Positions 50,375 to 61,609 of a DNA stretch of 64,000 nucleotides are shown piece by piece. The stretch spans positions 928,001 to 992,000 of the forward strand of contig JAVZJD010000001.1 of assembly GCA_038870975.1 (NCBI GenBank), written 5' to 3'. The notes beneath the pieces are model-generated. The model was not told the origin of the DNA and did no database searches. It was given only the letters and a program-made list of their open reading frames with translations. Both the position numbers and the translations under genes were made by a program. The stretch is from Candidatus Bathyarchaeia archaeon. GTDB lineage: Archaea; Thermoproteota; CALKCG01; B24. Numbering within the stretch: position 1 is the first letter of the stretch; each line of letters begins with the position of its first letter.

Positions 50375-51423
50375 GCATAACTTATAGCTAGCTTAACTGT
50401 TTCCTCCGGTTTTTCATCAATAAGTCTGTACGCTTCAATAGCGTTGTCAAATGGAACAATAGGCTTAAGCATACCTTCGACTTTAAGCATTCTACGTTTA
50501 AAAAGCTCAATAACAGTCGTGTAAACCCTACTTCTCGTCCACCTAGGGTGATCACGATAGGGTTCACTCTCCACTCTAGCACCTGAAACCATAATCTGTC
50601 TATTAAAATGCCACTCTTCACCTAAATCCAATCCCACAGCGTCACCATGATACCATGAAACAGGGACTATATTCCCACCGTAGGCAGTTGACCTTATGGC
50701 TTGATGCAATGCCCTATAAGACCCACTCGTCTCTATAGAAACGTCCACTCCCAATCCTCCCGTAAGCTTTTTAATCTCCGACGCGACGTCGCAAATGCTT
50801 GGATCTAAAACGTGATTTGCACCGTATTTCTCAGATAACCTCCTCCTTAATTCTATAGGTTCAACCGCTATGACCTCTATAGCCCCGGCTATCTTAGCCA
50901 TTTGAACAGTCATGAGACCTATCGCTCCAAGCCCGAATACGGCAACTCTATCCCCCACTCGAACACACCCCTCTCTCACAGCCATGAGTGCCACCGTCGC
51001 CGGGTCGACGCATACAAGCTCTTCATTCTTCAACTCAGGCGGAGCCTTCCAGACGAAGGGGGAATCCTCATCAATGGTATGCGTCTCTCTAGCAGGCAGA
51101 TAGCCGTAAACCCTATCGCCAACTTTAAACTTTGAAGTCTCTCCGCCAGTCTCTACGACAACGCCTACGGTCATATTCCCCACGTGGCACGGGTAAACTG
51201 CGCGTTTTCTCTCCTCTTCTTCTAACGGTATGAAGAGTTTTAAACGGTCATCGTAACGTTTCACGTGAAACGGAGACTTCCCCCTGTAAATCGCTAAACT
51301 CGTACCGTGCTTTTCGGCTGTTAGAATACTTTTAACTCTAATCTGCTTGGCTTTGAGTACTGGCTCTTCATACTCTCTAAACGTAAGGGTTCTAGGAGCA
51401 GTTAACACTAACTCCCTAGGCAT
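50371..51423 (-). CDS. MDR/zinc-binding dehydrogenase family
   Basis: KHGT, GLGAIG, IETSG. Confidence 0.85.
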   Translation of the reverse strand: MPRELVLTAPRTLTFREYEEPVLKAKQIRVKSILTAEKHGTSLAIYRGKSPFHVKRYDDRLKLFIPLEEEERKRAVYPCHVGNMTVGVVVETGGETSKFKVGDRVYGYLPARETHTIDEDSPFVWKAPPELKNEELVCVDPATVALMAVREGCVRVGDRVAVFGLGAIGLMTVQMAKIAGAIEVIAVEPIELRRRLSEKYGANHVLDPSICDVASEIKKLTGGLGVDVSIETSGSYRALHQAIRSTAYGGNIVPVSWYHGDAVGLDLGEEWHFNRQIMVSGARVESEPYRDHPRWTRSRVYTTVIELFKRRMLKVEGMLKPIVPFDNAIEAYRLIDEKPEETVKLAISYA

Positions 51424-51599
51424 AACTATCGAAGGTTAATATTGAATTCAACAATATAAGTCTACAAGTCTCCCAACATTCTACAGAGTTTTCCCCAAAG
51501 GGTTGAATTTTTCCAATCGTAGAAAGTTTAAACGCTTCTAAAGTAGGATGATGTCTTTATTTCGTTCTCTGCTTATGTAAAGATAGGGTAAATCTGTCT

Positions 51600-52007
51600 T
51601 CACTTAGTCGAAGATAACGGTATTCTTTTGAGGTTTGGTACTTTATCAAAGGCTTCATCGTCTGAAACCACCTGTCGATCCAACGCTAGTGCTGAAGCGG
51701 CTATAAGGCTGTCAAAGTAGCTTAATCCATATCTATCCTCAAGCTCACTCTGAAGCGCCAGTAAGCTTAAGCTCAAGGTTTTCACCTCTTTCACACCGCT
51801 CCGTGTTAGAGCCTCATGCAGGGCTAATAGTGCCATCTTCACCTGAGATGGATTTCTACCACGAGCCCTAAGAACTGCTTGAAACTCAAGTACAGCAGTG
51901 TCGGGCACCATAAGGCCACTAAGCTCTTTAAGTAACCTCATCGCTTGCTTGTGCCTATAATCTCTAGGGCTTAAAGCAAAAAGAAGCTCTGTATCAGCGA
52001 CCGGCAC
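51600..52007 (-). CDS. PIN-domain toxin (VapC)
   Basis: ADTE, YFDSLIAA, VSDD. Confidence 0.88.
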   Translation of the reverse strand: MPVADTELLFALSPRDYRHKQAMRLLKELSGLMVPDTAVLEFQAVLRARGRNPSQVKMALLALHEALTRSGVKEVKTLSLSLLALQSELEDRYGLSYFDSLIAASALALDRQVVSDDEAFDKVPNLKRIPLSSTK

Positions 52008-52233
52008 GACTCCTCAGCCACTCCTCAGCCTTGACCTCTTCCTCCTCCTCATAGGGCTCTCCTACAACCTCTTCCATCACCTTGTAGGGATCCCAAGGCA
52101 AGGGCTCAATGATTATTCTCTTTCCCTCAACACGGATCAAAACCCTTTGCCCCTGCTTTAGTGCCAATTCCTCCCTAATAGCCTTAGGTATCACTAATGT
52201 ATATCTTCTGCCTATGACCGATTCGTCAGACAT
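51994..52233 (-). CDS. AbrB-family antitoxin
   Basis: IGRRYTLVIPKAIREEL; overlaps PIN gene; GTACAT-AAA-ATGTAC palindrome just upstream. Confidence 0.88.
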   Translation of the reverse strand: MSDESVIGRRYTLVIPKAIREELALKQGQRVLIRVEGKRIIIEPLPWDPYKVMEEVVGEPYEEEEEVKAEEWLRSRAGR

Positions 52234-52481
52234 AAATACCCCTAGTACATAAAATGTACAATTTGTCAGATAAAAAACTTATCATCAGCCAATGTCATCG
52301 AAGCACCCATTCCTAAGCCATATAAGTCTGGATTCTCGCATCTCTTACAAACCATTTTAAGGTTGAAGTGCGAAAGTAAAGCCAGCCAGATGTTACCTAG
52401 AACGCAAATACGCCGTCGTTACTATTACAAGCAACCATGGAAATGAGTCATCAATAGGATGGGAAATAGCTTTTAGGTTTT

Positions 52482-53645
52482 CTAAGGTGGGGTTCTTAAG
52501 ACCCATCTAGCATGTGACATAAGCCTACTGATTGGTAGACTTTGAGGACACTTCTTTTCACACGTACCGCATCCAATACACACGTCGGCTCTATTCTCCT
52601 TTGGAATCGCCTCATTATATCTTTTTACGACTTCATTAATCTTCTGAGGGTCGTTAGATCTAAGAATCTCGTTTAAGAATGCTATGATGTCGAGTATACG
52701 GACGCCCTGAGGACACGGCATGCAGTATTGGCATCTTGTACACCCTATGAAGCCGTATTGAAGATATTTCTCTTTAACTCTTCCGATTATTTCAAGGTCT
52801 TTAGGTGTAAGGGTGTTCGGGTCTGAACGGTCTGCGAACTCGATATTTTCCACAACCTGCTCCATCCTACTCATACCACTTAATGCGACTGAAACCTCTG
52901 GGTGGTTCCAAACCCAGAGTAACGCCCACTCAACGGGAGAACGTTTAACTTCAGCCTCCTCCCATATTTCTTGAATTTCTTTTGGAGGTGTGATTGCGAG
53001 TAATCCGCCTTTTACCGGTTCCATTATCACGATTGCAAGACCTTTTGAGGAAGCATATTTAAGTCCAATTGTCCCAGGTGTTTGCCGACTACTTTCAGTA
53101 TCCATGTAATTGTACTGTATTTGACACAACGTCCATCCATTATAGCCGTCGATTATCTCTTTAAAAACTTCAAATTCGTCGTGAAAGCTAAACCCGAGAT
53201 ACTTAATCCTACCCTCAGCCATCTGCCGCTCAGCCCAGTCGAGAACATTTAAATCCAAAGCCCTCCTCCAAGTATCTCTATTAAGTGCGTGTAGAAGATA
53301 GAAATCGACATACTCGGTTTGCAGGCGATTTAATTGCTCATTGAAAATTTTATCCATTTCTTCACGTTTGTTAATCATATAGACTGGCATTTTCGTTGCA
53401 ACCCTAACCTTATCACGGTAGCCATCTTTCAACGCTTTTCCAACGACAACCTCGCTGTTTCCACCATGATAGCCGTAGGCTGTATCGATGTAATTCACAC
53501 CATGATCTATAGCATATCTGATCATTCTTATGGCTTCAGCTTCATCCACCTTGCGGAAATCGTTGTCGATTATAGGTAGTCTCATAGTACCGAAACCGAG
53601 TGCGGAAACCCTCCAATCCAGTCTACCGAACTTTCTATACTTCAA
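52482..53645 (-). CDS. Aldo/keto reductase with C-terminal Fe-S domain
   Basis: LGFGTMRLP, IDTAYGYH, GFSFH, CTRCQYCMPCP, CIGCGTCEKKCPQ. Confidence 0.92.
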   Translation of the reverse strand: MKYRKFGRLDWRVSALGFGTMRLPIIDNDFRKVDEAEAIRMIRYAIDHGVNYIDTAYGYHGGNSEVVVGKALKDGYRDKVRVATKMPVYMINKREEMDKIFNEQLNRLQTEYVDFYLLHALNRDTWRRALDLNVLDWAERQMAEGRIKYLGFSFHDEFEVFKEIIDGYNGWTLCQIQYNYMDTESSRQTPGTIGLKYASSKGLAIVIMEPVKGGLLAITPPKEIQEIWEEAEVKRSPVEWALLWVWNHPEVSVALSGMSRMEQVVENIEFADRSDPNTLTPKDLEIIGRVKEKYLQYGFIGCTRCQYCMPCPQGVRILDIIAFLNEILRSNDPQKINEVVKRYNEAIPKENRADVCIGCGTCEKKCPQSLPISRLMSHARWVLRTPP

Positions 53646-53747
53646 TAGAATTCACCGTGCTTGGAAATGATAAGCACTCACTTATATAGTTAACCCCGTT
53701 TGCATTATTCACGTAGGTAAAGGCTGTTGAATCTTAAACGTATAAAA

Positions 53748-54929
53748 CTACTGTCGTATCTCCATAATCGTTTCACACGCTCTATCTATAAGCTTATCCA
53801 TTTGAACCTCTTTCTCAAACTTTAAAACTTTCTCTAGATCTGCCTTAGTCGCTGGTTTAGATGGCTTAGCCCAGCATGCTGTTTCCTGTGAGCACTCTGG
53901 GTCGGGTCTAATGCTGACTTCGTATGTTCCTATTCTCCTAGCTAAGCTCACAATCTCCTCTTTATCAAAGCCTATTAGAGGTCTAAGCACCGGGATTTCG
54001 ATTGCACTATCTATAGCGTTTAAGTTGTCGAGTGTTTGAGAAGCAACCTGTCCAAGGTTTTCCCCAGTAACTATGGCTTTAGCTCCTTTTTCACGGGAGA
54101 GTCTTTCAGCCACTCTAAGCATAAGCCTCTTACATAGTATACACGTGTAGTTTGTAGCGTGTCTACTTATCTCAGCTAAGGCTTCTCCATGTTTATAAAC
54201 GTAGACTGGTATGTTTAAGCCTATATGCCAGCCTTTCAACACTTCAACTATGTCTAGGAGTTTACGGGTGCAAGCCTCCGGTTTACCGGGATTTACTTGA
54301 GCGTGCAGTACAACTATTGAGCATCCCCTCTTCATCATAAGCCACGTTGCCACTGGGCTATCTATACCAGTCGATATCAGCGCTACGACCCTTCCAGAGC
54401 TACCGAGCGGTAGCCCCCCGTAACACTCGACCCTATGAGTATAAATGTAACACTCACCATTATGAACTTCTACGTATATAGTTCTATCCGGTTTTTCCAA
54501 TGAAACTTTAACACTAGTCTTCTCTTTGAGAATAGCGCCAAGCCGCCTCTCAAAATCTAAACTCGTAAACTCATGTTTACCAGTCCTCCTAACCCTTACA
54601 GCGAAGCTATCAGCGCCTTCAAGTAGGTTTTTAGCCTCCCTAGCCATATAATCCTCAAGCTCATCGAGATTCACGTATGCGAAGGGTGCTATGTATGTTA
54701 GACCGAAAACGCGATTCAACACTTCAACGCTTTTTTCAACTTCCAACGTTTTAACGATAATCCTGGACCACTTATGGCTAACTTGAGCTTTTATACCAGC
54801 CTCAGCTAACCCAGTCGTTACATTTGAAATAAGCATTTTAACCCATCGTCTTCTAACGGGTTTAGATTTAAGAGCAAGTTCACCGTAGGCTGCTAGTACA
54901 CCCTCCCACTGTAAATCCATAATCCTCAA
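53748..54929 (-). CDS. thiI: tRNA 4-thiouridine synthase ThiI
   Basis: YGELALKS, THUMP domain, GGLP.G, STGIDSPVA, TGENLGQVASQT. Confidence 0.92.
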   Translation of the reverse strand: MRIMDLQWEGVLAAYGELALKSKPVRRRWVKMLISNVTTGLAEAGIKAQVSHKWSRIIVKTLEVEKSVEVLNRVFGLTYIAPFAYVNLDELEDYMAREAKNLLEGADSFAVRVRRTGKHEFTSLDFERRLGAILKEKTSVKVSLEKPDRTIYVEVHNGECYIYTHRVECYGGLPLGSSGRVVALISTGIDSPVATWLMMKRGCSIVVLHAQVNPGKPEACTRKLLDIVEVLKGWHIGLNIPVYVYKHGEALAEISRHATNYTCILCKRLMLRVAERLSREKGAKAIVTGENLGQVASQTLDNLNAIDSAIEIPVLRPLIGFDKEEIVSLARRIGTYEVSIRPDPECSQETACWAKPSKPATKADLEKVLKFEKEVQMDKLIDRACETIMEIRQ

Positions 54930-55040
54930 GTTAAAAACACTATATGCCTTAGATTAAGGGTTTCTGGATAGATGGAAATGGAATTTAAAATATACTTAGA
55001 ATTACCCCCAGTTTTAACGGTTTAAACGATTTTCGGCGAA

Positions 55041-56009
55041 ATGTTATTAAGATTGGGCTTGTCCTCTTCTACTATAAGAACGGGGCTTACCTTGCTTGTA
55101 GACAACTACGGTCGTGTCGTCGATAGTATTAGGATATCGCTAACTCAGAGTTGCAATTTCAATTGTTTTTTCTGTCATAGGGAAGGTGAAGTCAACCCGT
55201 ATGAAAGAGAAATGAGCGTAGATGAGATATCTAGAATCGCTAGAATAGCCTACGGTTTAGGTGTACGGAAGATTAAGCTGACGGGGGGAGAGCCTCTAGT
55301 TAGAAGCGATATTGTTGAAATTGTCTCCTCTATAGCTCGTATCGGTAGTCTAGAGGATTTAGCGGTTACAACAAACGGCTTTTTCCTAAGTGAACTTGCA
55401 CATCAGCTTAAGAAAGCCGGATTAATGAGGGTTAACATAAGCCTCCCTTCGCTTAAGCCTAACGTTTTCAAGTACGTAACGGGCTTCGACTCGCTAAGAG
55501 AAGTGCTTAACAGTGTAAAAGCGGCTCTAGAGGTAGGTTTAGTCCCCGTTAAACTAAACATGGTTCTTCTGAAGGGTATCAATGAGGATGAAGTCTGGGA
55601 CATGGTAGAATTCTCCGGCAGAATTGGGGCGATACTGCAGATAATAGAGCTTGAGCCTATAAACATGGATTTGAAGCTGTATGAAGGTCTCCATGTAGAC
55701 CCCTCGCCCATAGAGGAGGCTCTCAGGTGTAAGGCTATACGTACCTATGTTAGAAGCCTACATAATCGCCGAAGGTATGTAATGCCAAATGGAGCCGAAG
55801 TCGAAGTGGTTAAGCCTATGCACAATTCCCTGTTCTGTGCAAACTGTACACGTATACGGATAACATCTGACGGCTTTATTAAACCATGTCTTCTGAGAAG
55901 CAACAATCACATAGACATATTAACGCCCATGCGTAATAATGCATCAGATGATGAGCTCATAAAACTCTTCATAAGGGCTGTAAAGCTTCGAGAACCATTT
56001 TTCAAATGA
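55041..56009 (+). CDS. moaA: GTP 3',8-cyclase MoaA
   Basis: CNFNCFFCHREG, LTGGEP, FCANCTRIRITSDG.IKPCL. Confidence 0.93.
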   Translation: MLLRLGLSSSTIRTGLTLLVDNYGRVVDSIRISLTQSCNFNCFFCHREGEVNPYEREMSVDEISRIARIAYGLGVRKIKLTGGEPLVRSDIVEIVSSIARIGSLEDLAVTTNGFFLSELAHQLKKAGLMRVNISLPSLKPNVFKYVTGFDSLREVLNSVKAALEVGLVPVKLNMVLLKGINEDEVWDMVEFSGRIGAILQIIELEPINMDLKLYEGLHVDPSPIEEALRCKAIRTYVRSLHNRRRYVMPNGAEVEVVKPMHNSLFCANCTRIRITSDGFIKPCLLRSNNHIDILTPMRNNASDDELIKLFIRAVKLREPFFK

Positions 56010-56022
56010 CTGGTGTCTTATA

Positions 56023-57294
56023 GTGGATTCGAAGACATACTACATCGAGCCTCCGGAGCTGGATAAGAGGCTTGGCATGCTTGTATACGTAACCAAAAGT
56101 CCACCCGTAGCAGGTAGAATTAAAGAGAGCTTCGAAGACTTCTACGTTGAAGAAATCATAGATTTAAAAATCGTTAAAAGTAGGCTTGAGAGGGGTTACG
56201 CCGTATACATTATGGAGAAGCGAAACATGGATACATTTTCAGCTATTGCTAAAGCCGCAAAATTGCTGGACGTACCTTCAAACGCCATAGGTTATGCTGG
56301 CTTAAAAGACACAGTGGCAGTAACCCGTCAATACATCACAGTCCCAGTTGAAAAGCTGAAGACTATTATTGAAAACGTTGAAGATAAGAAGTTAAGCCTA
56401 AGGTTTGTAGGCTTCTCCAACAGGGGGCTTAAACCAGGCCGTCTCGTAGGTAACAAGTTTAAAATAGCCATTTCCCTCGAAAGTGGGGAAAGACTCGACA
56501 AACTCCTAAACGCGTTAAAAGAACTGTCGGAGGTATCCGGTATAGCTGGCTTCTACGGTTATCAGAGGTTTGGAGTTAGAAGGCCAAATACTCATATTGT
56601 TGGCAAGCTGATGGTTAAACGCCTGTGGGATGAAGCGGTTAGAGAGATTGCGGGGCATCCGTATCCTTGGGAGCCTCCGCAGTCTTATGAAGCTAGAGTT
56701 TTATTCGAAGAGGGGAATCTACAAGAGGCTTTTAAAAAGTTTCCAAAATCCCTCTTCTATGAGAGATTCATAGTTAAAAAGCTTCAAGAAGGATGGGATC
56801 CTGTAAAAATACTTAGAGCGCTCCCCTCGAATCTACGCCACTTATACGTTTCAGGCTATCAGTCCTATCTTTTCAATACGGCTTTAAGCCGACGGCTGAT
56901 GGAGACCGATTTAAACCCGACGAAAATACTGGAGGGCGATATTGTTAAAGGTGTGAAAGATGAGAGTATGATTAGAGCAGGTTTATCAATACTCTACATG
57001 GTGACGCCGGGAGTTGGCCGTCTCATCGAAAAATTGAAGGGCGATTGTATACGCATCATTAAGCAAGTCATGGAGGAAGAAGATGTTAAGCCTGAGGATT
57101 TTAAGATAGATGAGCTTAACGTAGTATGTAAAGCATCTCTAAGAGAGGTTTTCATGAAGTTTAGAGACCTCGCTTTAATAATTCAACCGTCTTCTAAACC
57201 ACTCCTCTCTTTCACACTTCCCCAAGGTGGATATGCCACTGTTCTACTGAGAGAGCTTCTCAAGCAGGATCCGTTGAAAGCCAACTTTAGATAG
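56023..57294 (+). CDS. truD: tRNA pseudouridine(13) synthase TruD
   Basis: EDFYVEE, AGLKD, GNKF, GYQRFG, YQSYLFN, GGYATVLLRE. Confidence 0.93.
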   Translation: MDSKTYYIEPPELDKRLGMLVYVTKSPPVAGRIKESFEDFYVEEIIDLKIVKSRLERGYAVYIMEKRNMDTFSAIAKAAKLLDVPSNAIGYAGLKDTVAVTRQYITVPVEKLKTIIENVEDKKLSLRFVGFSNRGLKPGRLVGNKFKIAISLESGERLDKLLNALKELSEVSGIAGFYGYQRFGVRRPNTHIVGKLMVKRLWDEAVREIAGHPYPWEPPQSYEARVLFEEGNLQEAFKKFPKSLFYERFIVKKLQEGWDPVKILRALPSNLRHLYVSGYQSYLFNTALSRRLMETDLNPTKILEGDIVKGVKDESMIRAGLSILYMVTPGVGRLIEKLKGDCIRIIKQVMEEEDVKPEDFKIDELNVVCKASLREVFMKFRDLALIIQPSSKPLLSFTLPQGGYATVLLRELLKQDPLKANFR

Positions 57295-58396
57295 GTTTAA
57301 GATATTTGTCGACTCCATCTGGGTCGAACTCATCTTCATCTAAAACGTTTAGTATGAAGTTTACGAGCATACGCCTCTGCTCTCTCTTCATATCTGGATA
57401 GTAGATGGGATGTACTACAACCATTCCTCTGAAAGCGTAAAAAGGCTGTACAACCCTTAGAATCTCTTCGTCGCCAGTCCTATTGAGGTATTCTTTGTAG
57501 AACAGCTTGAAGAGTCTTCTAAAGGCTTCCTCCAATGAGCCGTACTGCCATATGCTTATGAACAAGTAGTTTATCGTCAGAGCCGTCACATCGTCAGCAG
57601 GCTCGCCGTACATTTCTCTCGATAAATCGACTGCTACAATAGACCCGTCTGGTCTAAACCTTATGTTTCCAAACGGGTGGAAATCTCCATGAATTCTGGA
57701 GAGTCTATGAGTCATCCTCTTTAGACGGTTTCTCCATTTAACAGCTTCAACCTCTATTCGATACACCTCTTCGTCGGATATGAAGTCTAATCCACCTGGA
57801 TATGTATCTATAACTCCCATGAGCATCTCCCCGTGACCTATTAGGTCTCTGATGTGTCTCAAATATAGGTTCCTGTTGTTCGCCTTCTCTGAGTGCATCT
57901 TCGATAGATATGTAACGCAGTTGATACACATGTCTTCATCTCTACGCGTCAGATTCCTCCTTCTGCTAAGCTCAAGTAGATACTCTATATATGGCTTACC
58001 ATACTCTTCTGTTAAAGGCTCTACTAACTGGATAAACTCTACAGCTTCCCCTATCGATGCTAATGAACCGTTTTTCATAACGGCAACTACATCAATCGAA
58101 GGTATACACGTGTTCTTAGGAGCACTGTTGTAAAGCATGTGTTGAAGGAGTAGAACCGAAGCCCTATCGCTTAAGTAGTCATGTCCCCAACCCGTATCTC
58201 CCCTAACAATCCTCATAACTAGAGCCTTCAGCTTAGAATCTTGTTTAAACTTCAGTAGGAAGCCGGCATTATGGAACCCCTCCCCCAGCTTAACAACATC
58301 TAGAATCTTAACCTCCCCGCCGAGCTTAGACTCTAAGTACTTCCTTAAAGACTCTTCATCTATCATCACCGTATAGGAGCCCACTTTAAGGTCCAC
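57287..58396 (-). CDS. Aminoglycoside-phosphotransferase-like kinase
   Basis: LGEGF, RIHGDFHPFGNI, VDLSR..YGEPADD. Confidence 0.8.
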   Translation of the reverse strand: MDLKVGSYTVMIDEESLRKYLESKLGGEVKILDVVKLGEGFHNAGFLLKFKQDSKLKALVMRIVRGDTGWGHDYLSDRASVLLLQHMLYNSAPKNTCIPSIDVVAVMKNGSLASIGEAVEFIQLVEPLTEEYGKPYIEYLLELSRRRNLTRRDEDMCINCVTYLSKMHSEKANNRNLYLRHIRDLIGHGEMLMGVIDTYPGGLDFISDEEVYRIEVEAVKWRNRLKRMTHRLSRIHGDFHPFGNIRFRPDGSIVAVDLSREMYGEPADDVTALTINYLFISIWQYGSLEEAFRRLFKLFYKEYLNRTGDEEILRVVQPFYAFRGMVVVHPIYYPDMKREQRRMLVNFILNVLDEDEFDPDGVDKYLKPI

Positions 58397-58528
58397 ATAG
58401 ACACCACTATATATTGGGATTGCTGAGATTTACTGTTTACGTTTCTGCAACATCGGGTAAACATACCTTGTGGAGTTCTTTGAAGACGCTAAACCCTTAT
58501 ATTTACTTTCCCTCCTTCATATCTAGGA

Positions 58529-59842
58529 ATGAATCTTAAGAACTTCCTTAAACCGCACAGAGGTATGAAGGATTATCTTCCCAGAGACCTCTACGAGCGT
58601 AGAGTGGTTGAAGAAGCCATCCGAGAGCTATTCAAACTCTATGGTTATGAGGAGGTTGAAACCCCTACTGTTGAATACTACGAGCTTTTAGCCGCTAAAG
58701 TAGGTGAAGAAACAAGGAAAACCATGTATGTTTTTAAAGACTTAGCCGGTAGGACTCTGGCTTTAAGACCAGAAGGGACAGTACCAATAGTCAGACTTGT
58801 AGCGTCGAAGCTTAGGACAGCTCCAAAGCCGCTCAGACTAGGGTACATCTGGGATTTCTACAGGTATGATGAGCCTCAAAAAGGACGCTACCGTCGCTTC
58901 TACCAGGGTGGGTTTGAACTTCTCGGTTCATCTAAACTCCAAGCCGACATGGAAATACTGTCCATATCTATAGAGCTTATGAGGAAACTCAACCTTTCTA
59001 AATTTCAAGTCAAGCTTAGCGACGTAGGCGTACTCCGCGGTCTACTGAGTAGCTGGGGTGTTGATGAAAACGTGCAGAATAGAGTGTTAAGTCTAGCGGA
59101 TAAGAAGAACTACGTAGAAGCCATCAGAGTGCTTGAGGAGTCAAACCTAGACGAAACTTCGATTTCAAAAGTCGCTGAAATATTCAAGCTTAAAGGTTTA
59201 AACTATAAGAGCATTATAGTTGAAGCTAAGCGTATAATAGGAGGATGTGAACATTCTGAGAAATCTCTGGACAACTTAGAGACTATCCTCGATAACATAA
59301 GAGAAGTGTATCCAGAGCCTGAGTATTTTCTCGACCTTGGATTCGCAAGAGGATTAGAATACTATACGGGCTTCATATTTGAAATATTCGTAGAAAGCCT
59401 TGATATAGCATTGATAGGAGGAGGCAGATACGACAAGTTAGTAGAGCTTTATGGTGGTGAGCCTACCCCCGCAGTCGGTTGCGCTGCAGGTGTAGACAGA
59501 TTAGTCCTCGCTATGAAGATCAATAACGTGATCCCTCCCCCTCCACCGAATAGGAGAGTATATCTCTACGTACTAGACGACGCTATCCTATCCTACGGGT
59601 TTAAAGTTTCAGCCGAGCTTAGGTCCAACGGAATCCCTGTTGAGATAGAGGTTATGGATAGAAGCCTTTCCAAGGGCCTTTCAACGGCGGGTAAGAAAAA
59701 CTACCCGTATGCGTTAATAGTAGGCTCGAAAGAGGCTAAAGCTGGTCTAGTAACGTTGAAAGACATGTCTACTGGTCTACAGGAGACATTACCTCTTAAA
59801 GAGGTATTGAGTAAGATCAGGTCGAGCTTCAATGCGAATTAG
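58529..59842 (+). CDS. hisS: Histidyl-tRNA synthetase
   Basis: LRPEGT, YRYDEPQKGRYRRFYQ, ARGLEYYTG, GGGRYD. Confidence 0.95.
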   Translation: MNLKNFLKPHRGMKDYLPRDLYERRVVEEAIRELFKLYGYEEVETPTVEYYELLAAKVGEETRKTMYVFKDLAGRTLALRPEGTVPIVRLVASKLRTAPKPLRLGYIWDFYRYDEPQKGRYRRFYQGGFELLGSSKLQADMEILSISIELMRKLNLSKFQVKLSDVGVLRGLLSSWGVDENVQNRVLSLADKKNYVEAIRVLEESNLDETSISKVAEIFKLKGLNYKSIIVEAKRIIGGCEHSEKSLDNLETILDNIREVYPEPEYFLDLGFARGLEYYTGFIFEIFVESLDIALIGGGRYDKLVELYGGEPTPAVGCAAGVDRLVLAMKINNVIPPPPPNRRVYLYVLDDAILSYGFKVSAELRSNGIPVEIEVMDRSLSKGLSTAGKKNYPYALIVGSKEAKAGLVTLKDMSTGLQETLPLKEVLSKIRSSFNAN

Positions 59843-61377
59843 CCTGCTTTTTCAACCACAACGAGTCCTGAAAACCTCGTCGTAGAGGCTTCAAGCTCTC
59901 CTGAAGGCCCACTTCTAATGTATAGGTGTGTGAGTCTAACAACTGTTCCAGCTTCGAGTTTTTCGCATTCTTCTGCAAGCTCTCTCCAAACAGTCACTCT
60001 TATAGAGCCTGTATCGTCTCCGATGATGAAAGATGCGACTTTAACTTCCCCTTTGGCGGTGTCTACTTTCCTGGCTTCAGGAGTCGTTAAAATCATCCCC
60101 TCCAAAGTTACATATCTATCCCCATCTCTAAGCTCTCCAACTTTACGTGTGAGGTTTAAGACTTTAAAATTCGAAACATCGTGCCTCTTTTCAAGAACAC
60201 CATCTAAACCCACGTGAACCTCCATCCCCCTCAAACCCATACGTGTATACGCATTTTTAACCATGAAGACATCCCCCTCCTTAACCTCTTCAGCATCGTA
60301 TGACATCTTACCCCAGAAGTTTATTAAAATCAGACCAGTATCGTCACCAGCGAGTAGAGATGCAACTCTTCCTTCAACTCCACTAGGCGTCTTAAACACC
60401 CTCGTAAATGTTTTCGAGTATGCTCTTAGAAGTAGAGTAAGCCCCTTAGCATTCGGCTTCAAATCTACAACTTTAGAAACCAAATCCTCCAGACGTGCTT
60501 TAAACGGCATAATCTCAATCTTACCTGGGTCGTTTATATGTAGTTCCAATCCGCCTGTGGCTCTAAACCTGACTTTACCTCCTAGAATCCTCAGCTTACT
60601 TCCATCTTCAACGTTAACAACTCTATCAGCAGCATCATTCCACAATACTAAGGTAAGAAAGCCGCTTCCATCTTTAACGTTGACTCTAAGTACTCTACCC
60701 TCACGGTTATTCGCTTTAAAAGTCTTCAAATCGCTTTTAGATACGATGAAAACTTCTAAGATGAAGACTCTATCGTCAGCCGTTAAACTAGCAACCTTTT
60801 TAACAGGCAATTGAACGTTAGAGGTTTTCTCAAGCTTTATACTCCCTCTAGATCCAACATGTACTTCAACCCCTTCAGTCCCACTCTTCGTATACCCGTG
60901 GAGGATTTTAATCCTCCAACCAGCCGTGGGACCCGTAGATAGAAACTCATCGACTTTATCATCCCAGAGAACACAGTTCAGCTGTTTTGAGCCATCATCT
61001 AACACCAATCTTAAAACCTTCCCCTCACCCTGTCTACGTTTAAACCTCTTAACTTCTCCCACGTAAATTATGGGTGCCTCTATAGAGACGTCTTTAAGAC
61101 CAGAGACTAAATCCTTAAGTCTAAAACTTCTACCGCCAGTATAATCAACTGTAACACCTAGGTCTTGAGCAACTAAGTGAGCTGCCCCCTCATCTGTCAA
61201 TAGGCCATGATAACTCTTCTTCTTCTCCTCAATCATGGCTTTTACTTTCTCAGATGTTAAGCCCGGTTTAGAAGCTACTATACGGTTTATGATATCCCCT
61301 ATTTCACCCAAGACTTCCAAATCAAAGTTTAAAACAGTATCTATTAACCTTTTGCAACTTGATTTGTGTGATGCCAT
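59839..61377 (-). CDS. rpa: Replication protein A-like ssDNA-binding protein (about four OB folds)
   Basis: GLLTDEGAAHLVA N-domain; repeated D.TG/SG...LW OB motifs. Confidence 0.85.
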   Translation of the reverse strand: MASHKSSCKRLIDTVLNFDLEVLGEIGDIINRIVASKPGLTSEKVKAMIEEKKKSYHGLLTDEGAAHLVAQDLGVTVDYTGGRSFRLKDLVSGLKDVSIEAPIIYVGEVKRFKRRQGEGKVLRLVLDDGSKQLNCVLWDDKVDEFLSTGPTAGWRIKILHGYTKSGTEGVEVHVGSRGSIKLEKTSNVQLPVKKVASLTADDRVFILEVFIVSKSDLKTFKANNREGRVLRVNVKDGSGFLTLVLWNDAADRVVNVEDGSKLRILGGKVRFRATGGLELHINDPGKIEIMPFKARLEDLVSKVVDLKPNAKGLTLLLRAYSKTFTRVFKTPSGVEGRVASLLAGDDTGLILINFWGKMSYDAEEVKEGDVFMVKNAYTRMGLRGMEVHVGLDGVLEKRHDVSNFKVLNLTRKVGELRDGDRYVTLEGMILTTPEARKVDTAKGEVKVASFIIGDDTGSIRVTVWRELAEECEKLEAGTVVRLTHLYIRSGPSGELEASTTRFSGLVVVEKAG

Positions 61378-61609
61378 CGTACAGTGTCTATACGGCTTTA
61401 ACGTATTCCATACTTAACAACGGGGTATTTCAAGCCTCGCATCTAAACGATGCTAGTATAAACTCTGAGGCTGAAAATCTATTTAATAGCTCCCTAAAGA
61501 TCCCGTAAACCACCTCTCCTCGGTTTACAGTTCAGAATTCCCAGCTTCGATTGGAGATGCATCTGCCAAGGAAATTTTATAAGTAGTATTTACTTCATCT
61601 TGTTGCAAA